Below, piece after piece: positions 8,457 through 16,451 of a DNA stretch of 31,314 nt. The notes under the pieces are model-generated. The model worked only from the letters and a program-made list of their open reading frames with translations. It did no database searches and was not told where the DNA came from. Made by a program: the position numbers and the translations under genes. The first letter of the stretch is position 1. Each line of letters opens with the position of its first letter. The stretch is taken from assembly GCA_039803745.1 (NCBI GenBank), contig JBDRZD010000016.1:1-31314 (forward strand), read 5' to 3'. Source of the stretch: a candidate division WOR-3 bacterium. GTDB lineage: Bacteria > Hydrothermota > Hydrothermia > Hydrothermales > Hydrothermaceae.

Positions 8457-9175
8457 TGAAGAAATCTTCATTAAAAAAGCAAATTGAAGGATGGGTATGG
8501 GCTCTTGTTGTTGCTTTATTTTTGAGATACTTTGTGCTCCAGGCTTATAGAATTCCATCCGGTTCAATGGAAGATACACTCTTACCAGGAGACTTCCTTT
8601 TAGTATTTAAACCCATATATGGTATAGAAATTCCTTATACAGAAATAAAATTTTTCCAATTTTACAAACCAAAAAGAGGAGATATTGTTATTTTTAGATT
8701 TCCCCTTGATCCATCAAAGGATTTTGTTAAAAGATGCGTGGGTCTTCCCGGTGATACAATTGAAATAAAAGATAAAGTTTTGTATATAAATGGAAAAAAG
8801 GTTTTTGAGCCTTACGCAATTCATAAGGACGGGAAAATTATTCCTCCTTTAATAAATACAAAAGATGAGTTTTCAAAAAAAGAATTTCAAAGAATGTGGA
8901 TGGAAAGGGAACTTGTAGAAGAGCCAATGGCAAGGGATAATTTTGGTCCTGTTGTTGTTCCACCTAAGACATATTTTGTTCTTGGTGATAATAGAGATAA
9001 TTCTTCTGATTCAAGATTCTGGGGGCCTGTTCCTGAAAAATATTTAAAAGGTGTCCCATTAATTATATATTTTTCTTGGGATTCTGAATCAAATAGCATA
9101 TTTAAAAAAATCAGGATAGAAAGATTACTTCAAATTCCCCTTTTATGGAAAAAAGAATTTTATTCCGTCCCATAA
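8456..9175 (+). CDS. lepB: Signal peptidase I
   Basis: TM helix, IPSGSMEDTL (Ser), RGDIVIF, DFVKRCVGLPGD (Lys), GDNRDNSSDSRFWG; TAATG coupling to degP. Confidence 0.97.
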   Translation: MKKSSLKKQIEGWVWALVVALFLRYFVLQAYRIPSGSMEDTLLPGDFLLVFKPIYGIEIPYTEIKFFQFYKPKRGDIVIFRFPLDPSKDFVKRCVGLPGDTIEIKDKVLYINGKKVFEPYAIHKDGKIIPPLINTKDEFSKKEFQRMWMERELVEEPMARDNFGPVVVPPKTYFVLGDNRDNSSDSRFWGPVPEKYLKGVPLIIYFSWDSESNSIFKKIRIERLLQIPLLWKKEFYSVP

Positions 9176-10089
9176 AATGCAAAATATGTGAAGATAAGCC
9201 TGTAATATATTTAAGAGCATCAAATTTAGCATTATGCAGAGAGCATTTTATAGAAAGATTTGAAAAAATCACCTTTGAAATTATTAAAAAATTTAAAATG
9301 TTTGATAAAAATGAAAAGGTACTTGTTGCATGTTCTGGTGGAAAAGATTCTTCATCCTTAGCATATATTTTAAAAAAACTCAATTTTAATATTGAAGGAA
9401 TTTATATAAATCTTGGAATAGAAAAGGGTGACTATTCTAAAAAATCAGAAGAGTTTGTTAAAAAATTTTCTGAAAAATTTAATATTAAGATTCACATTTA
9501 TGACTTAAAAAAAGAAAAAGGTAGAGGATTAGATGATATTTTGAAAAATAAGAAAAGTTATAAACCCTGCTCTGTATGCGGAATTGTTAAAAGATATGTT
9601 ATGAATAAATTTGCCTTTGGAAAAGATTTTAATACAATTGCAACAGGTCACAATCTTGATGACGAAGTTTCCCGCCTTTTTGGAAACATAATATTCTGGC
9701 AGGAAGGATATTTGATTCATCAAAATCCTTTACTTGAAAGGGATGAAAAACTTTTGAAAAAGGTTAAACCCTTTGCTTTTTTTACTGAAAAGGAAACAGC
9801 CCTTTATGCAATTTTGAATGAGATTGATTATATAAGAGATGAATGTCCTTATTCAAAGGATGCAAAAACATTATTTTATAAAAGCCTTTTAAATAAAGTT
9901 GAAGAAAATTCACCTGGAGCAAAAATAAGATTCTATAAAGGATTTCTTGAAATTCAAAAGAAATACTTTAAAACTGTTCATAAAAAACATATAGAAATTA
10001 TTGGAGAAGAAAAGGAATGTAAAATATGTGGGATGCCAACTACAAGGGAAATATGCGGATTCTGCAGGATTTTTGAAAATGAAAGTTAG
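9145..10089 (+). CDS. ttuA: tRNA 2-thiolation sulfurtransferase, TtuA/Ncs6 (TIGR00269-type)
   Basis: N-terminal CxxC...CxxH Zn finger, PP-loop SGGKDS, Fe-S ligands CSVC and ECPY, GHNLDD, and a C-terminal CxxC...CxxC Zn finger. Zn fingers at both ends favour TtuA over TtcA. Confidence 0.88.
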   Translation: MEKRILFRPIKCKICEDKPVIYLRASNLALCREHFIERFEKITFEIIKKFKMFDKNEKVLVACSGGKDSSSLAYILKKLNFNIEGIYINLGIEKGDYSKKSEEFVKKFSEKFNIKIHIYDLKKEKGRGLDDILKNKKSYKPCSVCGIVKRYVMNKFAFGKDFNTIATGHNLDDEVSRLFGNIIFWQEGYLIHQNPLLERDEKLLKKVKPFAFFTEKETALYAILNEIDYIRDECPYSKDAKTLFYKSLLNKVEENSPGAKIRFYKGFLEIQKKYFKTVHKKHIEIIGEEKECKICGMPTTREICGFCRIFENES

Positions 10090-10831
10090 TATTGTGATAC
10101 CCGTTTATAATGAAAAGAAATACGTTGAAGAGGTCGTAAATGAAATTTTTGAAGTTAAAATAAAAAATAAAAAAATTTACATTGTTGATGATGGCTCGGA
10201 TGAAGAAACAAAAGAAATTCTTAAAAGATTAAAGGATGTAGAAATTATAACTCATAAAAAAAATATGGGATATGGTGCCGCAATAATTTCTGGTTTCAAA
10301 AAATCAATTTCTGAAAATTTTGATTATATAATAACAATTGATGCAGATAGACAGCATATTCCAAAAAGAATACCTGAATTTTTAAAATATATTAAATATT
10401 ATGATGTTGTTTCAGGTTCAAGATATATGAAAGGGGCAAAAGTTTTAACACCACCGCCAGAGGATAGAAAATATGTAAATTTTTTAATTCAAAGGGTTAT
10501 ATTTTATCTAACAGGACTAAAAATCACTGATGCATTTTGTGGTTTTAAGGCATATAGAAGAGAATTTATTGAGGGTATAAATTTTAAAGAAAAGGGCTAT
10601 GCCTTTCCATTAGAAGTCTGGTATTATGTTTATAAGAAGAAAGCAAGATTAAAGGAAATTCCCTGTGAACTTTTTTATCCTGAAAAAAGGAATTTTAGAG
10701 GAGAGATAATGGACAAAGAAAAGAGAATTTTATATTATAAAAGTGTTTTAGAGAAACTTTTTAAAAAGAATCTTGATGAATTATTTTTGAAAGCAAAAAG
10801 GGAGATAGAAGATGAATATTTTAGTGATTGA
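10079..10831 (+). CDS. Glycosyltransferase family 2 (DPM1-like fold, no obvious TM segment)
   Basis: Start moved to ATG 10079 (MKVSIVIPVYNE). Motifs: VDDGS, NMGYGAA, DxD motif IDADRQH, VSGSRY, TDAFCGFKAYR. Confidence 0.92.
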   Translation: MKVSIVIPVYNEKKYVEEVVNEIFEVKIKNKKIYIVDDGSDEETKEILKRLKDVEIITHKKNMGYGAAIISGFKKSISENFDYIITIDADRQHIPKRIPEFLKYIKYYDVVSGSRYMKGAKVLTPPPEDRKYVNFLIQRVIFYLTGLKITDAFCGFKAYRREFIEGINFKEKGYAFPLEVWYYVYKKKARLKEIPCELFYPEKRNFRGEIMDKEKRILYYKSVLEKLFKKNLDELFLKAKREIEDEYFSD

Positions 10832-11495
10832 TGCTCATCCTGATGATGCAGAACTTGGTCTTGGTGGAACAATATTTAAAATGGTTAAATCAGGCTATAA
10901 TGTTTATATTTTAGATTTAACAGATGGAGAGCCAACCCCTTTTGGAACAAAAGAAAAAAGAATTGAGGAGGCAAAAAAAGCAGCAGAAATTTTAGGAGTA
11001 AAAAAGAGGATAACCCTTGATTTACCGAATAGATACTTATTTGACACAAAAGAGGCAAGAATTAAAGTTGCAGAAATAATAAGGGAATATGAAATAGATT
11101 TTATATTTACCCACCAGGGAGATGATACTCATCCTGACCATATTGCTGCAAGAAAAATAACTGATGGGGCAAGATTTTATTCAAAATTAACAAAAACAGA
11201 TATGAAAGGAAATCCAAGGTATCCCAAAAGAATTTTTTATTATATTGCTTCCCATAAAAGAAAAGTATTTGAGCCAGATTTTATAATAGATATTACAGAG
11301 GAATTTGAAAAAAAGATTGAAGCAATAAAATGTTATGAATCGCAATTTTTATTAAATCCTGAAAGAAGAAATGTATTTGATCTTGTTGAATCAGTGAATA
11401 AATATTATGGATCAAGGATTGGAACAAAATATGGTGAAGGAATAATTATAGAGGAAAGTTTTGGGATAAAGGATATATCTTTTCTATTTAAATGA
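10812..11495 (+). CDS. bshB1: PIG-L/LmbE family N-acetylglucosaminyl deacetylase, BshB1-like
   Basis: AHPDDAELGLGG, DLTDGE, R..EA..AA.ILG, HPDH, PDFIIDIT, KIEAIKCYESQF, YGEG. Confidence 0.85.
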   Translation: MNILVIDAHPDDAELGLGGTIFKMVKSGYNVYILDLTDGEPTPFGTKEKRIEEAKKAAEILGVKKRITLDLPNRYLFDTKEARIKVAEIIREYEIDFIFTHQGDDTHPDHIAARKITDGARFYSKLTKTDMKGNPRYPKRIFYYIASHKRKVFEPDFIIDITEEFEKKIEAIKCYESQFLLNPERRNVFDLVESVNKYYGSRIGTKYGEGIIIEESFGIKDISFLFK

Positions 11496-12895
11496 TTCCT
11501 CAAAAAAATGATGAAATATATTTAAGTTCTTCTTTTAATGAAATAAATTCAAAAGCAAAAGAAAACAGGATTTTAAGAGAAAAATTTTTCAAAGTTTATA
11601 GTTTTTTTAAATTTAAAAATGAAAAAATTAAAATTGCTTCAGGGCATCAGCCTTATATTTTCCATCCAGGGATATGGGCAAAGATAATATTTTTAAATTT
11701 TTTTAACGATTTTGAAAAAATGTTTATAACAAATGACTCAGATGTTAAAGATGGAATTTTTATTGAAATTCCTTTTTTTGATGGGAAATGGAGAAAAATA
11801 AGGGAGTATATATATTTAAATTCAGAGAAAAAAACATTTGAAGAATACGATTTTTATAAGTTTAAAAGGGGAATTCTGTTTTTTTCAGAAAGGTTTAAAG
11901 AAATAGAGAAATTTATAAGAGAGGATGTAAAAGAAAAAATTTTAATTTTCATAAAAAATTTGAATGAATATGAAGATGTTGTTTCCTCAATTATTCTTAC
12001 AAGAAGAAATTTTGAAAGGGAGATAAAATATGGGGAAAAGATAGTTTCAGAAATTTGTAAAGAAGAAAACTTTTTAAAGTTCTTTCTTTATTTTTTTTAC
12101 GAAGGTGAAAAAATCTTTGATATTTATAATAAAAAACTTGAGGAATATAGAGTTATAAAAAATATAAAAAAAGAAGGTGAGCCTTTCCCCTTTCTTTTAA
12201 AATATAATGATTTTTATGAAATTCCCTTCTGGATCATTAAAGATGGAAGGAAAAGGATTTTTAAAAATAAAAATTCCTTATATATAGAAAATGAAAAGAT
12301 AAAGGAGTTATCCTTTGATTTTGAAAAAGATATTGAAAAGATTAGAAATTTAAAAATAAGACCGAAAGCATTAACACTTTCAATCTATCAAAGAATTTTT
12401 TTATCAGACCTTTTTGTTCATGGAATAGGTGGTGCAAGGTATGATGAATTCACTGAAAAATTTTTTGAAGATGTTTTCAATTTAAAGATACCGGAATTCA
12501 TATTTTTAACAGGAACATTTTACCTTTTTGAAGGAAATCCCTCTGATTTATCTTCCAAAATTTCTGAACTGATTCAAAAGAGAAATTTTTTAATTCATCA
12601 TCCTGAAAAATTTTTAAAAGATGATCCTCTTGTTAATGAGAAAATAAAATTAATTGAAGAGATAAGGAATCTTAAAAAAAATAAAAGGGAAATCGGTGAA
12701 AGAATAAAAAAGATAAATGAAAAATTAAAGGAAAAAATTGAAGGAATTTTGAAGGAGATTGAAAGGGAAATAAATGTTTTAATGGAAAAGGAAGAGGAAG
12801 AAAAAGTAAAATATTATAGGGAATATCCTTATTTTTATTTTGATTATGAAAGAATAAAAAAGGCAATTGAAAAAAGATATGATAATAGGAATTGA
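11492..12895 (+). CDS. Uncharacterised protein, probable divergent BshC-fold (Rossmann plus coiled-coil) ligase
   Basis: SGHQPYIFHPGIWAK resembles BshC TGQQ/TGHQ...GP...K; TNDSD resembles EDHD; PKALTLSIYQ...LFVHGIGGARY resembles PNVVTRPLxQ...FIxGPGExxY. A long K/E coiled coil follows. Lies directly after bshB1. Alignment is by eye only. Confidence 0.55.
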   Translation: MIPQKNDEIYLSSSFNEINSKAKENRILREKFFKVYSFFKFKNEKIKIASGHQPYIFHPGIWAKIIFLNFFNDFEKMFITNDSDVKDGIFIEIPFFDGKWRKIREYIYLNSEKKTFEEYDFYKFKRGILFFSERFKEIEKFIREDVKEKILIFIKNLNEYEDVVSSIILTRRNFEREIKYGEKIVSEICKEENFLKFFLYFFYEGEKIFDIYNKKLEEYRVIKNIKKEGEPFPFLLKYNDFYEIPFWIIKDGRKRIFKNKNSLYIENEKIKELSFDFEKDIEKIRNLKIRPKALTLSIYQRIFLSDLFVHGIGGARYDEFTEKFFEDVFNLKIPEFIFLTGTFYLFEGNPSDLSSKISELIQKRNFLIHHPEKFLKDDPLVNEKIKLIEEIRNLKKNKREIGERIKKINEKLKEKIEGILKEIEREINVLMEKEEEEKVKYYREYPYFYFDYERIKKAIEKRYDNRN

Positions 12896-13766
12896 TATTG
12901 GTGGGACATTTATAAAAATAGGATTTTTTAAAGATGGAGAAATAATAAAGAGAATAAAGATTGAAACACCAAAAAATGGAAAAGAGATTCTGGATAAAAT
13001 AATTGAAATAATTTTGAATTTAAAAGAAAAAATAGATGGAATTGGAATAGGGCTCCCCGGTATGATTTATAAAGGTAAATTAGTTCAGGCTCCAAATTTA
13101 AAAGGGCTTGAAGGATTTGAAGTTGAAAAATATTTAAAGGAAAGGATTTCTTTTGAATTTTATATTGATAACGATGCAAACTGTGCTGCCTTAGGTGAAA
13201 AATATTTTGGTCTTGCAAAAGATTTAAACGATTTTATTGTAATAACACTTGGAACAGGTGTAGGTGGTGGAATATTTTCAAATGGTAAATTATTAAGGGG
13301 GAAAGATGGGCTTGCAGGTGAAATAGGTCATATAACAATTTTCCCTGATGGAATAAGATGCAATTGTGGGAAAATAGGCTGCCTTGAAGTTTATGCATCA
13401 AAAGAAGGATTTAAAAAGATTTTAAGAGAAAATGTTGAACCTGAAGAGATTGCAAGAAGGGCAAAAGAAGGGATTGAGAAGTATAAAAAAGTTTTTGATT
13501 TGATGGGTTTTTCTCTTGGTATTGCCTGCGGTAATCTGGTAAACATTTTCAATCCAGAAGCAATAATATTTACAGGTGGAATATCAAAAAGTTATGATTT
13601 ATTTAAAGAGAGTTTTTTAAACAGTTTAAAAGAAAATGCATTTTCTCATCTTTTAAAAAATTTAAAGATAAAAGTATCAAGTATTTCAGAAGATTCAGGA
13701 GTTCTTGGTGCCATAGGTCTTTTTATTTATGAGAAAAGGGGAAAATCCTTACAAAGTTTCCTTTAA
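12879..13766 (+). CDS. ROK family sugar kinase (glucokinase/GlcNAc kinase-like)
   Basis: Start at ATG 12879 (MIIGIDIGGT). Motifs: GIGIGLPG, DNDANCAALGE, TLGTGVGGG, AGEIGH, and the Zn motif CNCGKIGCLE. No N-terminal HTH. Confidence 0.93.
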   Translation: MIIGIDIGGTFIKIGFFKDGEIIKRIKIETPKNGKEILDKIIEIILNLKEKIDGIGIGLPGMIYKGKLVQAPNLKGLEGFEVEKYLKERISFEFYIDNDANCAALGEKYFGLAKDLNDFIVITLGTGVGGGIFSNGKLLRGKDGLAGEIGHITIFPDGIRCNCGKIGCLEVYASKEGFKKILRENVEPEEIARRAKEGIEKYKKVFDLMGFSLGIACGNLVNIFNPEAIIFTGGISKSYDLFKESFLNSLKENAFSHLLKNLKIKVSSISEDSGVLGAIGLFIYEKRGKSLQSFL

Positions 13767-14516
13767 AAATTTTTTTAAAGGGATTGGCATCCTTTCCATT
13801 GAAATTATGTCTTTAAAGGGAATATTTAAATTTTCAACAAGAAATTTTATATAATAAAAGGATAAAAAATTTAAAAATTCACCTTCTATTTCTCTTAAAT
13901 TTTTTAACATCTCTTTAAAATTTTTCATCATGTACGAATATTCTCCCCTTTTGATAAATAAATTTCTATGAATTTTTATATAAGGAAAAACAAGATGTGA
14001 AAAATAAAAAGCAATCCCTTCTGAAAAAAATAATTCTTCAAAATTTTCTTCTTTATAAGGGAAAATCTTTCTTCTTTGCGCATGACCTATTTCATGGGCA
14101 ATTATTACTGGTAAATTTCTTATGTCATTTATTCTATCAATTGAAATTCCAATTAAAATTTCTTTATCAAAAACTGTTTTCCCATCAGGGCAGAAAAATC
14201 CAATATAAAAAATGATTTTACCTTCAATATCCATAATAATTTTTCCCTCTATTTCTTTTAAATACTCATTTAAATGGGGATAAAAATTTTTGTCAAAATC
14301 TAAAACATTTGAATAATGAGAAATTTTTGCTTTTTTAATTCTTTCATATATTTCTTCCTTTTTTAAAAACTCCCATCTTTTACAAAATTTTTTAAAATAA
14401 TACTCATATTTTTCAAAATACTCCTTTTTAATTTTTTCAAAATCCTCTTTTTCAAGAAATTCTAAAAATTCCTTATATAAGGGAATTATATTAAAATTTA
14501 ACTTCTGAGAAATCAC
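13749..14516 (-). CDS. Putative Zn-dependent protease (HExxH; DUF2268-like)
   Basis: IIAHEIGHAQR followed by FSEGIA (likely third ligand). The GTG start is uncertain. The 3' end overlaps the convergent ROK gene. Confidence 0.6.
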   Translation of the reverse strand: MISQKLNFNIIPLYKEFLEFLEKEDFEKIKKEYFEKYEYYFKKFCKRWEFLKKEEIYERIKKAKISHYSNVLDFDKNFYPHLNEYLKEIEGKIIMDIEGKIIFYIGFFCPDGKTVFDKEILIGISIDRINDIRNLPVIIAHEIGHAQRRKIFPYKEENFEELFFSEGIAFYFSHLVFPYIKIHRNLFIKRGEYSYMMKNFKEMLKNLREIEGEFLNFLSFYYIKFLVENLNIPFKDIISMERMPIPLKKFLKETL

Positions 14517-15459
14517 TTATATTTAATTCCCTTTCATTCCCTGAAATCTTTGCGTTATTACCTATAATTGAATCTTTTATATTTAAACTGTATATTTCTG
14601 TGAATTCACCAATTATTGAATCCTTAATTATTGAATTTTCTATTCTTGTATTTTTTCCAATTGAAACAAAAGGTCCTATTATTGAATCTTTTATAAAGGA
14701 ATTTTCTTCAATATAACATGGCTTTATTATAAGAGAATTTTCTATTTTACCAAGATTCTTTGTATTTTTTGTTAATATCTCTCTATGAGTTGAAAGTAAA
14801 AATTCCTTTGTTCCACAATCAAGCCATTTTTTAATATCTTCTTTTCTTATATAAATTCCTTTTTCAATAAGAAGTTCTATTGCATCTGTCAATTGATATT
14901 CTCCCTTTGTTTTTATATCCTTTTCAATAATCTCTTTTATCGCTTCCTTCAATTCAAAGGGTTTTTTAAAAAAATATATTCCTGCAATTGCTAAGTTTGA
15001 AATGTATTCTTTTGGTTTTTCAACAAGTTTTATTATTCTTTCTCCTTCACATAGAGCAACACCAAATCTTGATGGATCATTTACAGGATAAAGTCCTATA
15101 AAGTTTTCATTAAAATTTTTGAAATCCGATTCAATTATTGTGTCACCAAGCAGAATTAAAATTTCCTCATCTTTTTTAACTTTTTCAAGGGCAAGAAAAA
15201 TTGCATGGGCAAGACCAAGAGGTTCTTCCTGAATTACAAAATCAACAGGAATTTTATAATTCTCCTTAACACTTTTAAATACTTCTTCTCCATCCCTTGA
15301 TATTACAAGAATTATTTTTTCGATTGGAAGCGAAATTAAAGAATCAATTGCATGAAAGATCATTGGTTTTCCTGCAAATTTTAAAAGTGGTTTTGGTATT
15401 ATTAAAGTATGGGGTCTTAATCTTGTTCCCTTTCCAGCAGTTGGTAATATTAATATCAT
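14491..15459 (-). CDS. Sugar-phosphate nucleotidyltransferase with C-terminal left-handed beta-helix
   Basis: AGKGTRLRPHT...PKPLL, QEEPLGLAHA, LGDT, FGV, VEKP, GEYQLTDA, WLDCG, and C-terminal hexapeptide repeats (IKDSIIG). Confidence 0.9.
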   Translation of the reverse strand: MILILPTAGKGTRLRPHTLIIPKPLLKFAGKPMIFHAIDSLISLPIEKIILVISRDGEEVFKSVKENYKIPVDFVIQEEPLGLAHAIFLALEKVKKDEEILILLGDTIIESDFKNFNENFIGLYPVNDPSRFGVALCEGERIIKLVEKPKEYISNLAIAGIYFFKKPFELKEAIKEIIEKDIKTKGEYQLTDAIELLIEKGIYIRKEDIKKWLDCGTKEFLLSTHREILTKNTKNLGKIENSLIIKPCYIEENSFIKDSIIGPFVSIGKNTRIENSIIKDSIIGEFTEIYSLNIKDSIIGNNAKISGNERELNISDFSEVKF

Positions 15460-16451
15460 TTTTCTTTCATCCTTTCCTTTAATAAATCAATCCTTTTTAT
15501 CTCAAATGGGTCTTCTTTGTAAAACCTTGCAATAAAATAACTTACAAAATCTCCAAGAATTATCAAATCAAATATTCTTTCAAGATAATTTTTACCCTCA
15601 GGCTCAATAGTATTTATACCAACAAATACATCTTGAATGAGTTTTATTGTTTCTTCTATTCTTATTAAATTTCTTTTGTGGATATCAGGACCTTTTATAA
15701 AAATTGCCCATCCTGAATCAAGTAAATCCTCTGGATGGCAAAGGCCAACAATTTCATTATGATTCATTTCAGGAAGAATATCAATATGACAGAAAGTTTT
15801 ACCATTCTCATTTATCTGGGTTTTCCATCTTAATGCGCAAGGGAAATATTCATCAGGAGTATAAATAAATAAAAGTCTTTTATAAATTTTTGAAGCGATA
15901 TCAAAACCCTTTCCTTCTTCTTTTGAATAATCTTTTACTTTTTTTTCAATAAATTTTGAAGTTTCAATTAAATCCCTTTTATTAAATTTTAAATATTTTT
16001 CCAAAAATGAAAAAATAGAGGAAAATATCCATCCAAGTGCACATCTTGGTGGATAACCCTCTGGAAGATTTATAAAGGGGATGTTGAGTTCTTTTGCCCT
16101 TCTAAGTAAATTTCCACCTGATGTGACAACAAGGGATTTTTTATCCTTTAATTTTTCAAAATTTTCAATTGTTTCTTCTGTGTTTCCAGAATAACTTACA
16201 AATATGTATAAAAAATCTTCATTTATATATTCTTCAGGAACTTTATAATCTTTGAATACAAAAAATGGAATATTTGAAATTCTTTTAAGTAAATCTCCTG
16301 CAATACCTGAGCCACCCATTCCACATAAAACAATCCCTTTAATATCTCCGTAATCCTTTCTATTATAAACTTCTAAATTGAGCCCCTCTTTTATCTGTAA
16401 AGGCAATTCCTTTATAAAACTTTCCATATCTTTAAACTTATAAGGGCTCAT
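15456..16451 (-). CDS. Bifunctional phosphoglucose/phosphomannose isomerase (SIS family)
   Basis: CGMGGSGIAGD, SYSGNTEET, TSGG.L, PPRCA, RWKTQINENGK, PEMNHNEI. Confidence 0.93.
   Translation of the reverse strand: MSPYKFKDMESFIKELPLQIKEGLNLEVYNRKDYGDIKGIVLCGMGGSGIAGDLLKRISNIPFFVFKDYKVPEEYINEDFLYIFVSYSGNTEETIENFEKLKDKKSLVVTSGGNLLRRAKELNIPFINLPEGYPPRCALGWIFSSIFSFLEKYLKFNKRDLIETSKFIEKKVKDYSKEEGKGFDIASKIYKRLLFIYTPDEYFPCALRWKTQINENGKTFCHIDILPEMNHNEIVGLCHPEDLLDSGWAIFIKGPDIHKRNLIRIEETIKLIQDVFVGINTIEPEGKNYLERIFDLIILGDFVSYFIARFYKEDPFEIKRIDLLKERMKEK

Noticed and set aside
10001..10078. ORF-track N-terminal extensions of the GT2, and similar ones for ROK (12867), riboflavin synthase (20844) and the second GWxTD protein (25531)
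   Set aside because: Downstream ATGs give family-typical N-termini (MKVSIVIP, MIIGIDIGGT, MFTG, MNLFLL) and shorter overlaps.
12091..12098. Homopolymeric T/A tracts as phase-variation sites
   Set aside because: Runs of 7-9 A or T occur throughout this AT-rich window and all frames are intact.
10812..12895. Calling the cluster a canonical bacillithiol operon
   Set aside because: No GT4 BshA in the window, and the third gene lacks the exact BshC EDHD and GPGE motifs, so it is reported as a variant system.
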